The position numbers and the translations under genes were made by a program. The notes under the pieces are model-generated. The model had not been told where the DNA came from. It did no database searches and saw nothing but the letters and a program-made list of their open reading frames with translations. Of a stretch of DNA of 32,000 bases, positions 16,783 through 24,439 are shown in pieces. This DNA is from Pyrobaculum aerophilum str. IM2 (GTDB taxonomy: Archaea; Thermoproteota; Thermoprotei; Thermoproteales; Thermoproteaceae), in assembly GCF_000007225.1 (NCBI RefSeq), contig NC_003364.1, positions 90,001 to 122,000 on the forward strand, read 5' to 3'. How positions within the stretch are numbered: the stretch's first letter is position 1; every line of letters starts with the position of its first letter.

Positions 16783-17543
16783 AGCTCCCTCCTCAGCGCC
16801 TCTACATCTAAGGGCTCGGCCCCCTTCAGTGCTAGATCTACGATTTTTGTCCCTTTCTTGTCTCTCTCGTCGCATCCGCAGAGCGACCTACCCACGTGGG
16901 CTGCCACCGAGTCTGAAACTACAAGGGGGTACAACACAGCTGCCGCCTTAGCCCTCATCGCGTGTAAACGCGCCGAGTCTCCGACGGCGGTCTGTACAAC
17001 TATCTCCTTAACTACCTCAAGCATATCCCGCGGCGTTAACCCGCCGTTACCCCAGCGCTCTAGCTCCTTCTTTAACTCGGGGTACTTATTTACCGCATCG
17101 CCTGCCTCGGCCAGCGGGTCGCAGGCTGGGGAAAGGTCATGTTCTTCCAACATCTTCCTCACGGCATATATGGGCAGATACCTCTCGCCGAGCCCTGAGA
17201 TATATGCCGAGGTCAGTATCGGCTCGTGGTGAAGGAGGACGGCCGCGGCGACCACCGCGGCGATCTCATCCCCGACGACGGGCTCTAGGCCTTTGTAGGC
17301 GAAGTAGGCGCTCACCACTTCGTGCGTATATTCCCCTCGCCTCCCTACCTGGTACGCCTTGGCTAGCTTTCCCAAGTCGTGGACTACTATGGCATATTCC
17401 ACGACGTCTAAATCAACCCCAATAGCTCTTCTAACCGCCGGGAAGTATATGGGTCTCAGCTTTTCCCACACCGTCAGGGCCCTTTTAATATGGCGTCCGT
17501 ACTCCTCAACGCACTGGTCCCCTTTCCAAGCGTGACACGTCAT
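16776..17543 (-). CDS. cas3'': Cas3'' HD-domain nuclease
   Basis: HD motifs IVVHDLGKLAKAYQ and VLLHHEP. 255 aa. Located between the cas3' helicase and cas8a2. Confidence 0.85.
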   Translation of the reverse strand: MTCHAWKGDQCVEEYGRHIKRALTVWEKLRPIYFPAVRRAIGVDLDVVEYAIVVHDLGKLAKAYQVGRRGEYTHEVVSAYFAYKGLEPVVGDEIAAVVAAAVLLHHEPILTSAYISGLGERYLPIYAVRKMLEEHDLSPACDPLAEAGDAVNKYPELKKELERWGNGGLTPRDMLEVVKEIVVQTAVGDSARLHAMRAKAAAVLYPLVVSDSVAAHVGRSLCGCDERDKKGTKIVDLALKGAEPLDVEALRRELC

Positions 17544-17625
17544 GTCCTTTTCCCCCTTCTTGATTTCTTGCCAGCTGTTTGCACACTTTTTTCCTCCTCT
17601 GGCCGCCTAGAGGCTTCCTCCACCT

Positions 17626-19311
17626 TTAGTCCAGCTTCGTCGTAGCCCTATCTACGTCGTCGCATAAGATGACAAGCGAGCCTTCGCGGATCCACTCGCG
17701 TGTGCTTACGCGGTTCCAATTATTGAATTTTAATTTTTCGTCGTCTCTCTCCAGTCCGCCCTTTTCGCAAGAGTCAAATAAACCAAGTATGTTTTCGAGC
17801 CTATCCAGACGCCTATAAGAGAAGGAGATCCTCATCCTCCGCCTCAAGAGCTCTTCTCGACTTATTAACAACTCTTTTGTTTCTTTATCCACATCCTTTG
17901 TCGTTAGGAGGTATAAGTCGACGTATAAAGATGGCTTGATCTGAGGGTGAGTCTCAGGTGGTAGAGAGTAGAGGTGGAGGTTCTCCAGATAGTCGAGAAA
18001 CTGCACGTAAAGGCTATCGCCTTTCTTCGACATATCCTCCACTATCTTTTCGTCATAAACTTCATCCAATAGCTCGCCCAGCTTGGCCGCGTCACCCAGC
18101 ATTTTTTCAAGCGAGTCCAGCTTAGGCGCAGTCTTCTCCAACAAATCCTTCCTATAAGGCTCCGGCCTTTCGGGCTGGAACACCAGGATTTCCGCCGGAT
18201 CTCCCCTCCTCCCAACCCTGCCAATTCGCTGAATCAAGCTGTCCAGAGGAGACAGGTCTGTGTATAACCGAGTGAAGGAGTAATCGATTCCAACTTCTAG
18301 CGTCTGAGTGCCCACGACTATAGCCTCGTTAATTCTTTTTTTCTCCTCCAGCTCCTCAAGCTCTCTGAGCGTTCTCTCGCGATCTCCTCGGGTTAGCAGT
18401 GAATGAAGAACATATATTTTCTTTCCTTTGCATTTTTCCTTTAAGTCTTTGTAAAACCTCCTAGCTCTGGGCACCGTATTGACTATTATCAATGCGCCTT
18501 TAGAGCAATCTACGTCGTTTGGAGTCAACTCGGCTTTTCGGAACTCTATATTTACTTTTCTCGGCCTGCTAGATAGGATGCGTTCCTCTACGGTCGCACA
18601 TCGGCTCTTAAACTCTTTGATAAATGCCGTAGGTAGAGTAGCCGAGGAGAAGACCACGTAGGCGCCAGCGTTGACCAAATAGCATATAATTCTGGCCAGC
18701 GCCCTGGGCCCTAGGTAGACCTCGTCTTGCACTAAGTGGGCTTCGTCGAAGACCGTGATTGCGTGCATCATAAGCCCCACGGGCATCGTAAACCTGCCCG
18801 TCAAGTTGCCGCGTTCAATCCATTTATCCACCCTTTGGGCTAGGTATGCATAGGCATAGGAGTCCACTGTTGTGAGGGTAATCGGCGCTGTGTAGAGGTA
18901 GGTCGGTCTTTTGACTTCACCGTGATCTTCCTCCACTTTTACTCTAAAGGCTTTGCCGTATGTTCCAAACCGCTTTGCCATCTGCTCCAAGAGGGCATGG
19001 ACAGGCTCTACTACGTACATGCGGCCGGTGTGCCATACACCGCTAGCGACTTGATAGAAGTAAAGAGATGCGAAGATTTCAGTCTTGCCCGCTCCAGTCG
19101 GCGCCTTAAGCAACACAAGCCTTCCACCGCCGTTGCGGTAGAAACCCCGGAGTATTTCCGCCGCTATCTCTGCTTGTCGACGCAACGCCTCCTCATCTAC
19201 CTTGACTTCCCTTTTATTGGCCCTTTGCCACGCCTTTATCAAGTCTTTGACGATTTCGGCTACCTTCTCGACTTGTACGTCACCAGTCATGACCCGCAGG
19301 AAACGCGACAT
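17626..19311 (-). CDS. cas3': Cas3' superfamily 2 helicase
   Basis: Walker A APTGAGKTE, DEAH box VFDEAHL, SAT motif (SSATLP), motif V GTQTLEVGIDY, motif VI QRIGRVGRRG. Confidence 0.9.
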   Translation of the reverse strand: MSRFLRVMTGDVQVEKVAEIVKDLIKAWQRANKREVKVDEEALRRQAEIAAEILRGFYRNGGGRLVLLKAPTGAGKTEIFASLYFYQVASGVWHTGRMYVVEPVHALLEQMAKRFGTYGKAFRVKVEEDHGEVKRPTYLYTAPITLTTVDSYAYAYLAQRVDKWIERGNLTGRFTMPVGLMMHAITVFDEAHLVQDEVYLGPRALARIICYLVNAGAYVVFSSATLPTAFIKEFKSRCATVEERILSSRPRKVNIEFRKAELTPNDVDCSKGALIIVNTVPRARRFYKDLKEKCKGKKIYVLHSLLTRGDRERTLRELEELEEKKRINEAIVVGTQTLEVGIDYSFTRLYTDLSPLDSLIQRIGRVGRRGDPAEILVFQPERPEPYRKDLLEKTAPKLDSLEKMLGDAAKLGELLDEVYDEKIVEDMSKKGDSLYVQFLDYLENLHLYSLPPETHPQIKPSLYVDLYLLTTKDVDKETKELLISREELLRRRMRISFSYRRLDRLENILGLFDSCEKGGLERDDEKLKFNNWNRVSTREWIREGSLVILCDDVDRATTKLD

Positions 19312-19972
19312 CTCCGGCGCAGAAGACGTCGCTCTTTACTGCTATTTTTGTAGGAGTATAATAGCCTTTTCCACCTGTCGCGAGAGGTACGGCGAAGTCT
19401 GACAGCGTCCCGTCCTCGTCTCCGGCCCTTACCACTAGGTGCGCCCCGCCAGCGACTTTGGCCAGCTTGACGGCCACGTCCACCTCCCCCGCGCCGCACG
19501 GTCTTGCGTTAAGCACTTCCACCCCCCTCACAGAGACATAGGACTCCGTATCGCCAACCCTCTCCAATAACCATAAGGCCTTCTCAAGCCTACCTATGTG
19601 CGCCTCGGCGCTGGGCACCACAAGGACTGCTTTTTCCGCTACGTAAGCGTATTCTCTAACCATGGCATCAAAATAACCTCCTAACTCCTCGCCAGACAGC
19701 GGTAGCTTCCCTTCCTCCAGCACCCCCCTAGCCCTTTTTAACACCACCGGGAACTTGACCGTGGGCGCCGCCACGTCCCTTGCCTTATAGATCCAGCCGC
19801 GTACCTCCGCGAGACAATCCCCCTCACAGAGCCCTCCACGGGCGGCGGCTTGGACAAGCGCCCCCACCACTGTGGACGGCGGAATGAATGGAAGCGTAGC
19901 GGCGACTTGATACGTCTCGTAATGCTTAATTGAAAACAAAGGCAACCTTAACTTCACCAGCAAGATATTCAT
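19280..19972 (-). CDS. cas5: Cas5a
   Basis: 230 aa with an N-terminal RAMP pattern (LPFIPPSTVVGALV). Located directly downstream of cas7 with a 4-nt overlap. Confidence 0.75.
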   Translation of the reverse strand: MNILLVKLRLPLFSIKHYETYQVAATLPFIPPSTVVGALVQAAARGGLCEGDCLAEVRGWIYKARDVAAPTVKFPVVLKRARGVLEEGKLPLSGEELGGYFDAMVREYAYVAEKAVLVVPSAEAHIGRLEKALWLLERVGDTESYVSVRGVEVLNARPCGAGEVDVAVKLAKVAGGAHLVVRAGDEDGTLSDFAVPLATGGKGYYTPTKIAVKSDVFCAGDVAFPAGHDW

Positions 19973-20946
19973 CTAATCCAGCTCTGCACGTCATTAATAA
20001 CGGCGTCTATCAATTCATGTAATGAACCCACCTTCTTAAAGTTTATTTTATTGCCGACCTTGTCAGCGTTACACCTACCTCCATAGTAGTAGAATTTGGC
20101 TGTGTCGCCTATCCCATTTAAGTAGGCGCCCACTGTGTCGATAGATGTCTCACAGTAATCCGGATACACTGCGTGGATTAAGTTAGGCATAGGCTTCTCG
20201 GATACAGCGACCAAAACTTCCCTAACTGCCACTATAGGCAGAGCCCTCGCTTGTTTCGAGCCCGCGCCTGTCAGCAAGGGTAATAATGCCAAGACAGACG
20301 CCTTTGCTCTCCTCTTCCGTTCATCTGACTGGAACTCTGCATTGCATTCATCGAAAAGGGGATTCCCTATATGGGCCAAGTCCATCCTCAGGGCGAATGC
20401 ATAGAGGCCAGTGCCGTATTCCTGCTTAAACAGCATCATGCCCTCACCCTCCTTCTGCTTCACGTTGACAGTAGGGGGCACCACGCGGTTGTGCTGTACT
20501 GCGAACTTAGCCACTGCCTTGAGGTTCCCCTCCTCGAGCACCGGCACAGCGAAAGAGATCTTCACCAAAGAGTCGCGCTTTACGGGTTTCTCCTCTTGCG
20601 GGGACAAGAAGCCGTGAAGATCATTGCAGAAGTCCTTCAGCGCTTCGCACTCGTCCGTTACTGGTTTGGGATTTTTTAGCGTGGAATCGACAGTGAATCC
20701 TCTGAGCCCAATCCCCCTCTTGCACAGCTCGTTGAGCATATTCCCCCCTAAAGCTTGATAGGCCTCTACGGCATATACGGCGTGCCAATGCTTCAAGGCG
20801 TTGCCCGTGATCACCGGCACTTCATACAAGGCGCCGTTGTGGAGGATTCTCGCGGTTGCCACCTGGTTATAATTGCCGATAGCGCCAAGACCGGACAACG
20901 CGCTAACTTGCACCTCCACCCGGGCCGTCACTCTGACGTAGACCAT
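19969..20946 (-). CDS. cas7: Cas7 (Csa2) Cascade backbone subunit
   Basis: 325 aa with the ITGNALKHWHA motif characteristic of Csa2-type Cas7. Positioned between csa5 and cas5. Confidence 0.85.
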   Translation of the reverse strand: MVYVRVTARVEVQVSALSGLGAIGNYNQVATARILHNGALYEVPVITGNALKHWHAVYAVEAYQALGGNMLNELCKRGIGLRGFTVDSTLKNPKPVTDECEALKDFCNDLHGFLSPQEEKPVKRDSLVKISFAVPVLEEGNLKAVAKFAVQHNRVVPPTVNVKQKEGEGMMLFKQEYGTGLYAFALRMDLAHIGNPLFDECNAEFQSDERKRRAKASVLALLPLLTGAGSKQARALPIVAVREVLVAVSEKPMPNLIHAVYPDYCETSIDTVGAYLNGIGDTAKFYYYGGRCNADKVGNKINFKKVGSLHELIDAVINDVQSWIR

Positions 20947-20949
20947 GGC

Positions 20950-21372
20950 CTAACGCCCGGCCCCCTTTCTCTCCATTATTTGCTTGGCCCTTATCGCGCG
21001 ATAGCTCGGCGCCACTGCGAGCGCGGCAAACCTTTTCACCTCGCCCCTAAGGGCTTCCTTATTGATTCTCTCTAGATATTTAATAAACTCTTCCTGGGCA
21101 AGCGCCCAGTTCTCTAGGCTACGCCTTACGCCCTCCAAGGTAGACTGATCCTCTTCACTTAAGCCCCCCTCGTCTAGTCGCTTCTGGACGTCGTTGAGAA
21201 CCTTTGCCGCTAGACGCGAGAGTTTGTATATCGATTCTATATAGCGCTCGGGTGAGCTAGCCAGCTCGTCGACTATGTCGTATGCCATTTCCAAGTGGAC
21301 GACGTAACGCGCCTTATCGGCGAATCGGGCCACTACGTCTTCGCTCGTCTCCTCTGGGGTTTTCGCGGACAT
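20950..21372 (-). CDS. csa5: Csa5 (Cas11a small subunit), called by position
   Basis: About 140 aa and helical, and the first gene of the interference operon as in characterised I-A loci. I prefer the ATG at 21372 (MSAKTPEE) because ATATATAAGC on the - strand (21391-21400) lies about 25 nt upstream, consistent with a leaderless start. Confidence 0.6.
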   Translation of the reverse strand: MSAKTPEETSEDVVARFADKARYVVHLEMAYDIVDELASSPERYIESIYKLSRLAAKVLNDVQKRLDEGGLSEEDQSTLEGVRRSLENWALAQEEFIKYLERINKEALRGEVKRFAALAVAPSYRAIRAKQIMERKGAGR

Positions 21373-21769
21373 AGCAAACAGCTTACCCCAGCTTATATAT
21401 CTTAACCCCTGCAGGTAAGATAAGGTTAACTGCAAGTTTTCTGAAAGATTATAATAAATACAGTGCGACTAAACTGGAGAAACTCAGATATAACAGTGGT
21501 GGGGATCTGCGAATCAACTCGTCGTAGCATTTTAACGGTTAGTTGCCGTAATTAATCAAGATCTTTCGACGCTGAGAAATCGAAGTTGACTTAATGCACA
21601 GACTGTCTTGAATTTTGCGTGAGTTTTGTACAACATTGACAGAATGTTGATGTATCATGCAACTATGTAGAGGAGAGCGTGAGAGTAGTGCCGATTACGT
21701 AGCAAGAAAGACGCTAAAAGCGCAATGTTAGGCATGTTGCTTATGGCAGTAAACACTTTATAGATAGGC
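21373..21769. promoter_or_regulatory. long divergent control region between csa5 operon and cas6 copy 2
   Basis: About 400 bp, AT-rich, with no convincing ORF. TATA-like boxes sit at both ends (21391-21400 on the - strand, CTTTATAGATA at 21756-21766 on the + strand). Contains a perfect inverted repeat CAACATT-N5-AATGTTG at 21631-21649. Confidence 0.5.
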
Positions 21770-22546
21770 TTGTTGAGTGCTGTGTCCGTCGTCGTGGTGC
21801 GGGGAAGGTCGCCCGAGGCGATTCCTCTGCTGGGCTTCACGGGGACTGTAGTGGAGTCGCTTGTAGTATCTCTCCTCGGCCGTGAGCTTCACGACGTCAA
21901 GCCGAAGCCGTTTTCAGTAACGCCATTCTTCGTAGGGGGGAGGCCCGCGGTTGACAAAGCCATGGTCGCTCCCGGAGACTTGTTGGAGTTCCGCGTGTCT
22001 TTCGCCGGGAGGGAGCTTGCGGAGAAGTTCATAGCAAAAATCATGCAAGGCTATACGCTATTCGGCAGGCGCGTTGTGGTGGAGGAGCTGGAGTTCTACG
22101 ACGTTTTCTCTCAGCCCACCCCCCAGACGGGGTGTTTCAAGCTTGAGTTCCTCACACCGCTAAGATTCGCCGTGAAGCCCTTGTACAAGAGAAAACGCGC
22201 TATATTTGACTTCTTGCCGCGCCCCCTCTCCGTCTTTAAATCGGCTGTTAAACACGGCAGAGAGCTGGGCCTCTTGAGGCTTGGGGCGCCTTTCCTCCGC
22301 TGGGTCCACACCTATGTGGCTCTCACGGATTTTGGATGCCCCGGGAGGTGCATCATAACCGTACGGCTCCCAAACGGGGGGATCGCGAGGGGCTTCGTCG
22401 GCTGGGCGTTATACCGCGCCTTCGGGAAGAGGCGACTAGCAGATATGTGGAAAACGCTACGCTTTGCCGAGGCTTTTAATATCGGTTCTGGTCGCGGGAT
22501 GGGGCTAGGAGTGGTTAGGGCGACCCCCCTCGAGTGCCCCAGCTGA
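21770..22546 (+). CDS. cas6: Cas6 CRISPR repeat endoribonuclease (copy 2)
   Basis: 258 aa, roughly two-thirds identical by eye to copy 1. Shared blocks include RFAVKPLYKR, GLLRLG.PFLRWV.TYVALTDFGC and ARGFVGWALYRAFG.RRLAD. Has the G-rich loop GSGRGMGLGVV. The start may instead be the GTG at 21782. Confidence 0.8.
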   Translation: MLSAVSVVVVRGRSPEAIPLLGFTGTVVESLVVSLLGRELHDVKPKPFSVTPFFVGGRPAVDKAMVAPGDLLEFRVSFAGRELAEKFIAKIMQGYTLFGRRVVVEELEFYDVFSQPTPQTGCFKLEFLTPLRFAVKPLYKRKRAIFDFLPRPLSVFKSAVKHGRELGLLRLGAPFLRWVHTYVALTDFGCPGRCIITVRLPNGGIARGFVGWALYRAFGKRRLADMWKTLRFAEAFNIGSGRGMGLGVVRATPLECPS

Positions 22547-22738
22547 CACCTCAAACATGCCGACATGTATAAGCGATTTGTGCGCTCTATGCTTTAGCGC
22601 TATTAACAAGTTGGCACGAATAGAGGGCAGAGTGAATGTGGTATTTTCAACTATCAGCGCTTTTAAATTCTCGCAACGCCTAGCCAATAGCGCGACTACT
22701 GTCCATTGCTCGTCATAAGCTCGCAGTGGTCTTCCCAA
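22505..22738 (-). CDS. hypothetical ORF (possibly the 3' part of a frameshifted gene with 22713..23108)
   Basis: 77-aa ORF with a TTG start. It overlaps the end of the upstream same-strand ORF by 26 nt in another frame, and the end of cas6 copy 2 by 42 nt. Confidence 0.25.
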   Translation of the reverse strand: MGRPLRAYDEQWTVVALLARRCENLKALIVENTTFTLPSIRANLLIALKHRAHKSLIHVGMFEVSAGALEGGRPNHS

Positions 22739-23108
22739 GCCTCAAATAGAGAGATTTAAACCTGCGCCGTGGGCTTATCCGCGTTTGTATCAACGCCTGG
22801 ACGTGGTATAAATCCGCCGGCGCCTCCCCCTTTATGTGCCTGGCGAATATGGCGTATTTCACCTCCCAGCCTGGGGGGATTAAGTGGCGCGCGGCCTCCT
22901 TCAGCTTGGGGAGCACCTCCCCCGGGTTTACCTCTGCCCACATGGCCTCTGCAATCACCGCGAATTTTTTCTCTTCGTTTAGAGCCAGGGCATCGACCCC
23001 GCGTTGTATTCTCGCGCCGCCTTGCCTGACATAGTAGACAGCTTTAACGGCTTTCTGCACTGGGTAGAGCCTGTTGCCGTAGAGTACAGCCATTAGAGAA
23101 AATGACAA
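22713..23108 (-). CDS. hypothetical protein
   Basis: 131-aa ORF with protein-like composition. No family recognised. Confidence 0.4.
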   Translation of the reverse strand: MSFSLMAVLYGNRLYPVQKAVKAVYYVRQGGARIQRGVDALALNEEKKFAVIAEAMWAEVNPGEVLPKLKEAARHLIPPGWEVKYAIFARHIKGEAPADLYHVQALIQTRISPRRRFKSLYLRLGKTTASL

Positions 23109-23165
23109 GGCGGGCGGAATACCACAGAGCGAAGCTTGGAAAAAGTACGGCGGAAAAAGGGGAGT

Positions 23166-23483
23166 TTAAGAGGACAGGACTCTCGTCAATATGTCTGCAA
23201 ATATGTCCGGCATTGGGAGACTGGTCGTCACGTTTGCCGGCTGTAGTCCGTTCCCGGCTACTCTGAACACGACGATGTTTACTCTCCTGTTTGCCAAGTC
23301 GGGGGCTATGCCTTTAATATTCCTCCCGGCGAGCCACTGGGAGAGCTGCTCGTCTAGCACTGTGGACAGTGACCCGGTGGCTCTTAACACAAAGGCGTGG
23401 AGGAGCACGTCGCCTTCATACCCGGAGTCTTTCAGCGCTGTTAGCACCTCCCTCGTGGCTTGGGATATGGCGTAGCTGGGCAC
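23166..23483 (-). CDS. hypothetical protein (frame open upstream to 23579 without a canonical start)
   Basis: 105 aa from the GTG. The upstream in-frame sequence NTRIIVYQGRNQLIRETNAYSPDAVFIAFGGD reads like genuine protein but contains no ATG, GTG or TTG. Confidence 0.45.
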   Translation of the reverse strand: MPSYAISQATREVLTALKDSGYEGDVLLHAFVLRATGSLSTVLDEQLSQWLAGRNIKGIAPDLANRRVNIVVFRVAGNGLQPANVTTSLPMPDIFADILTRVLSS

Positions 23484-23620
23484 GTCGCCTCCAAAGGCTA
23501 TGAAGACGGCGTCGGGGGAGTAGGCGTTAGTCTCCCTAATTAGCTGATTTCTGCCTTGGTATACAATAATTCTAGTGTTTTATAATGACGAAAGTGAGCA
23601 CAGAAGTTAATAATTCACTC

Positions 23621-24325
23621 CTATATACGTGTAAATGTTTCTTTTGTAATTTGTAGTAAGTCTCTATATCTCTCTATTAAGCCGTTGACGTCTTTAGTTT
23701 TTCTAAAATACTCCTTGTCTAAATGCTCGCCGCGGCACAAGAGCCTAAAAGTGTCGCCGGACACCTCGTCCACTAAAATAAGCCTCCCCCCGCGGCGCCC
23801 GAATTCAAACTTGACGTCTATAAAATCGCACCCCGCCCTTGCGTATAAATCCCTCAAAGCTGAGGCGGCCCTCACGGCCATCTCCTCAATAGCCTCAACC
23901 TCCTGAGGGGCGGCCAGGCCGGCCTCAACTACCTCCTGGGGGTATACGAGGGGGTCGTGGAGCGCGTCGTCTTTGTAGTGGAACTCCACGAGTGGCCTCG
24001 ACAGGTGCTGGAGCTCCCTCAGTCTGGGCATCCGCCTCAGTTGACTGCCGTAAGCCTTAAAGCGGACTATTACTTCCACTGGGATAACCTCGGCGGGGAT
24101 CACGGCGAGGGCGTTGGGAGGCTTGTATTCGACAAAGTGAGTCTCCACGACTCGGCTTAGGTATTTGAAGAGCAACGCAGATAGCTCCGCCGTCAAGGCG
24201 CCTTTCCCGGGGGCCTGGGCCTTAACCGCGCCGTCTCCCGCGGTCACCTCGTCTTTAAACTCCATTATGTAAAAATCGCCGTGTTTGTAAACCCGTTTGG
24301 CCTTGCCCTCGTATACAAGCTCCAC
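23621..24325 (-). CDS. purC: SAICAR synthetase
   Basis: LVYEGKAKRVY, HYKDDALHDP, DVKFEFGRRGGRLILVDEVSGDTFRL: classic PurC motifs. Confidence 0.9.
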   Translation of the reverse strand: MELVYEGKAKRVYKHGDFYIMEFKDEVTAGDGAVKAQAPGKGALTAELSALLFKYLSRVVETHFVEYKPPNALAVIPAEVIPVEVIVRFKAYGSQLRRMPRLRELQHLSRPLVEFHYKDDALHDPLVYPQEVVEAGLAAPQEVEAIEEMAVRAASALRDLYARAGCDFIDVKFEFGRRGGRLILVDEVSGDTFRLLCRGEHLDKEYFRKTKDVNGLIERYRDLLQITKETFTRI

Positions 24326-24439
24326 GCCCTTTGTAATTCACCCTAAATTAAATATTTACTTAAACTTTTTCCCGCCCTACCGTCTCAGCTACCGTATTTG
24401 TTTGAGGTAACTATTTAAATCCCCCTCACCGCCTGTGGC
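24326..24439. promoter_or_regulatory. divergent purC / purD promoter region
   Basis: AT-rich boxes AAATTAAATATTTA (near purC) and CTATTTAAAT about 25 nt upstream of the purD GTG at 24440. Confidence 0.4.

Noticed and set aside
16297-17232. 311-aa + strand ORF.
   Set aside because: It is fully antisense to the well-supported cas8a2 and cas3'' genes and has Ser/Pro/Ala/Leu-rich shadow-frame composition.
21512-21529. Octamer TCGTCGTA shared between the two leader repeats (5253, 5340) and the csa5/cas6-2 intergenic region (21519). It looked like a common operator.
   Set aside because: The same octamer also occurs inside the cas3' coding region (17636-17643), and the flanking bases do not align. 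An 8-mer is too short to be significant in 64 kb of two-strand sequence.
21655-21840. 61-aa - strand ORF in the csa5/cas6-2 intergenic region.
   Set aside because: It overlaps the cas6 copy 2 start and its TATA box, has no recognisable motif, and has odd composition. It is more likely non-coding regulatory DNA.
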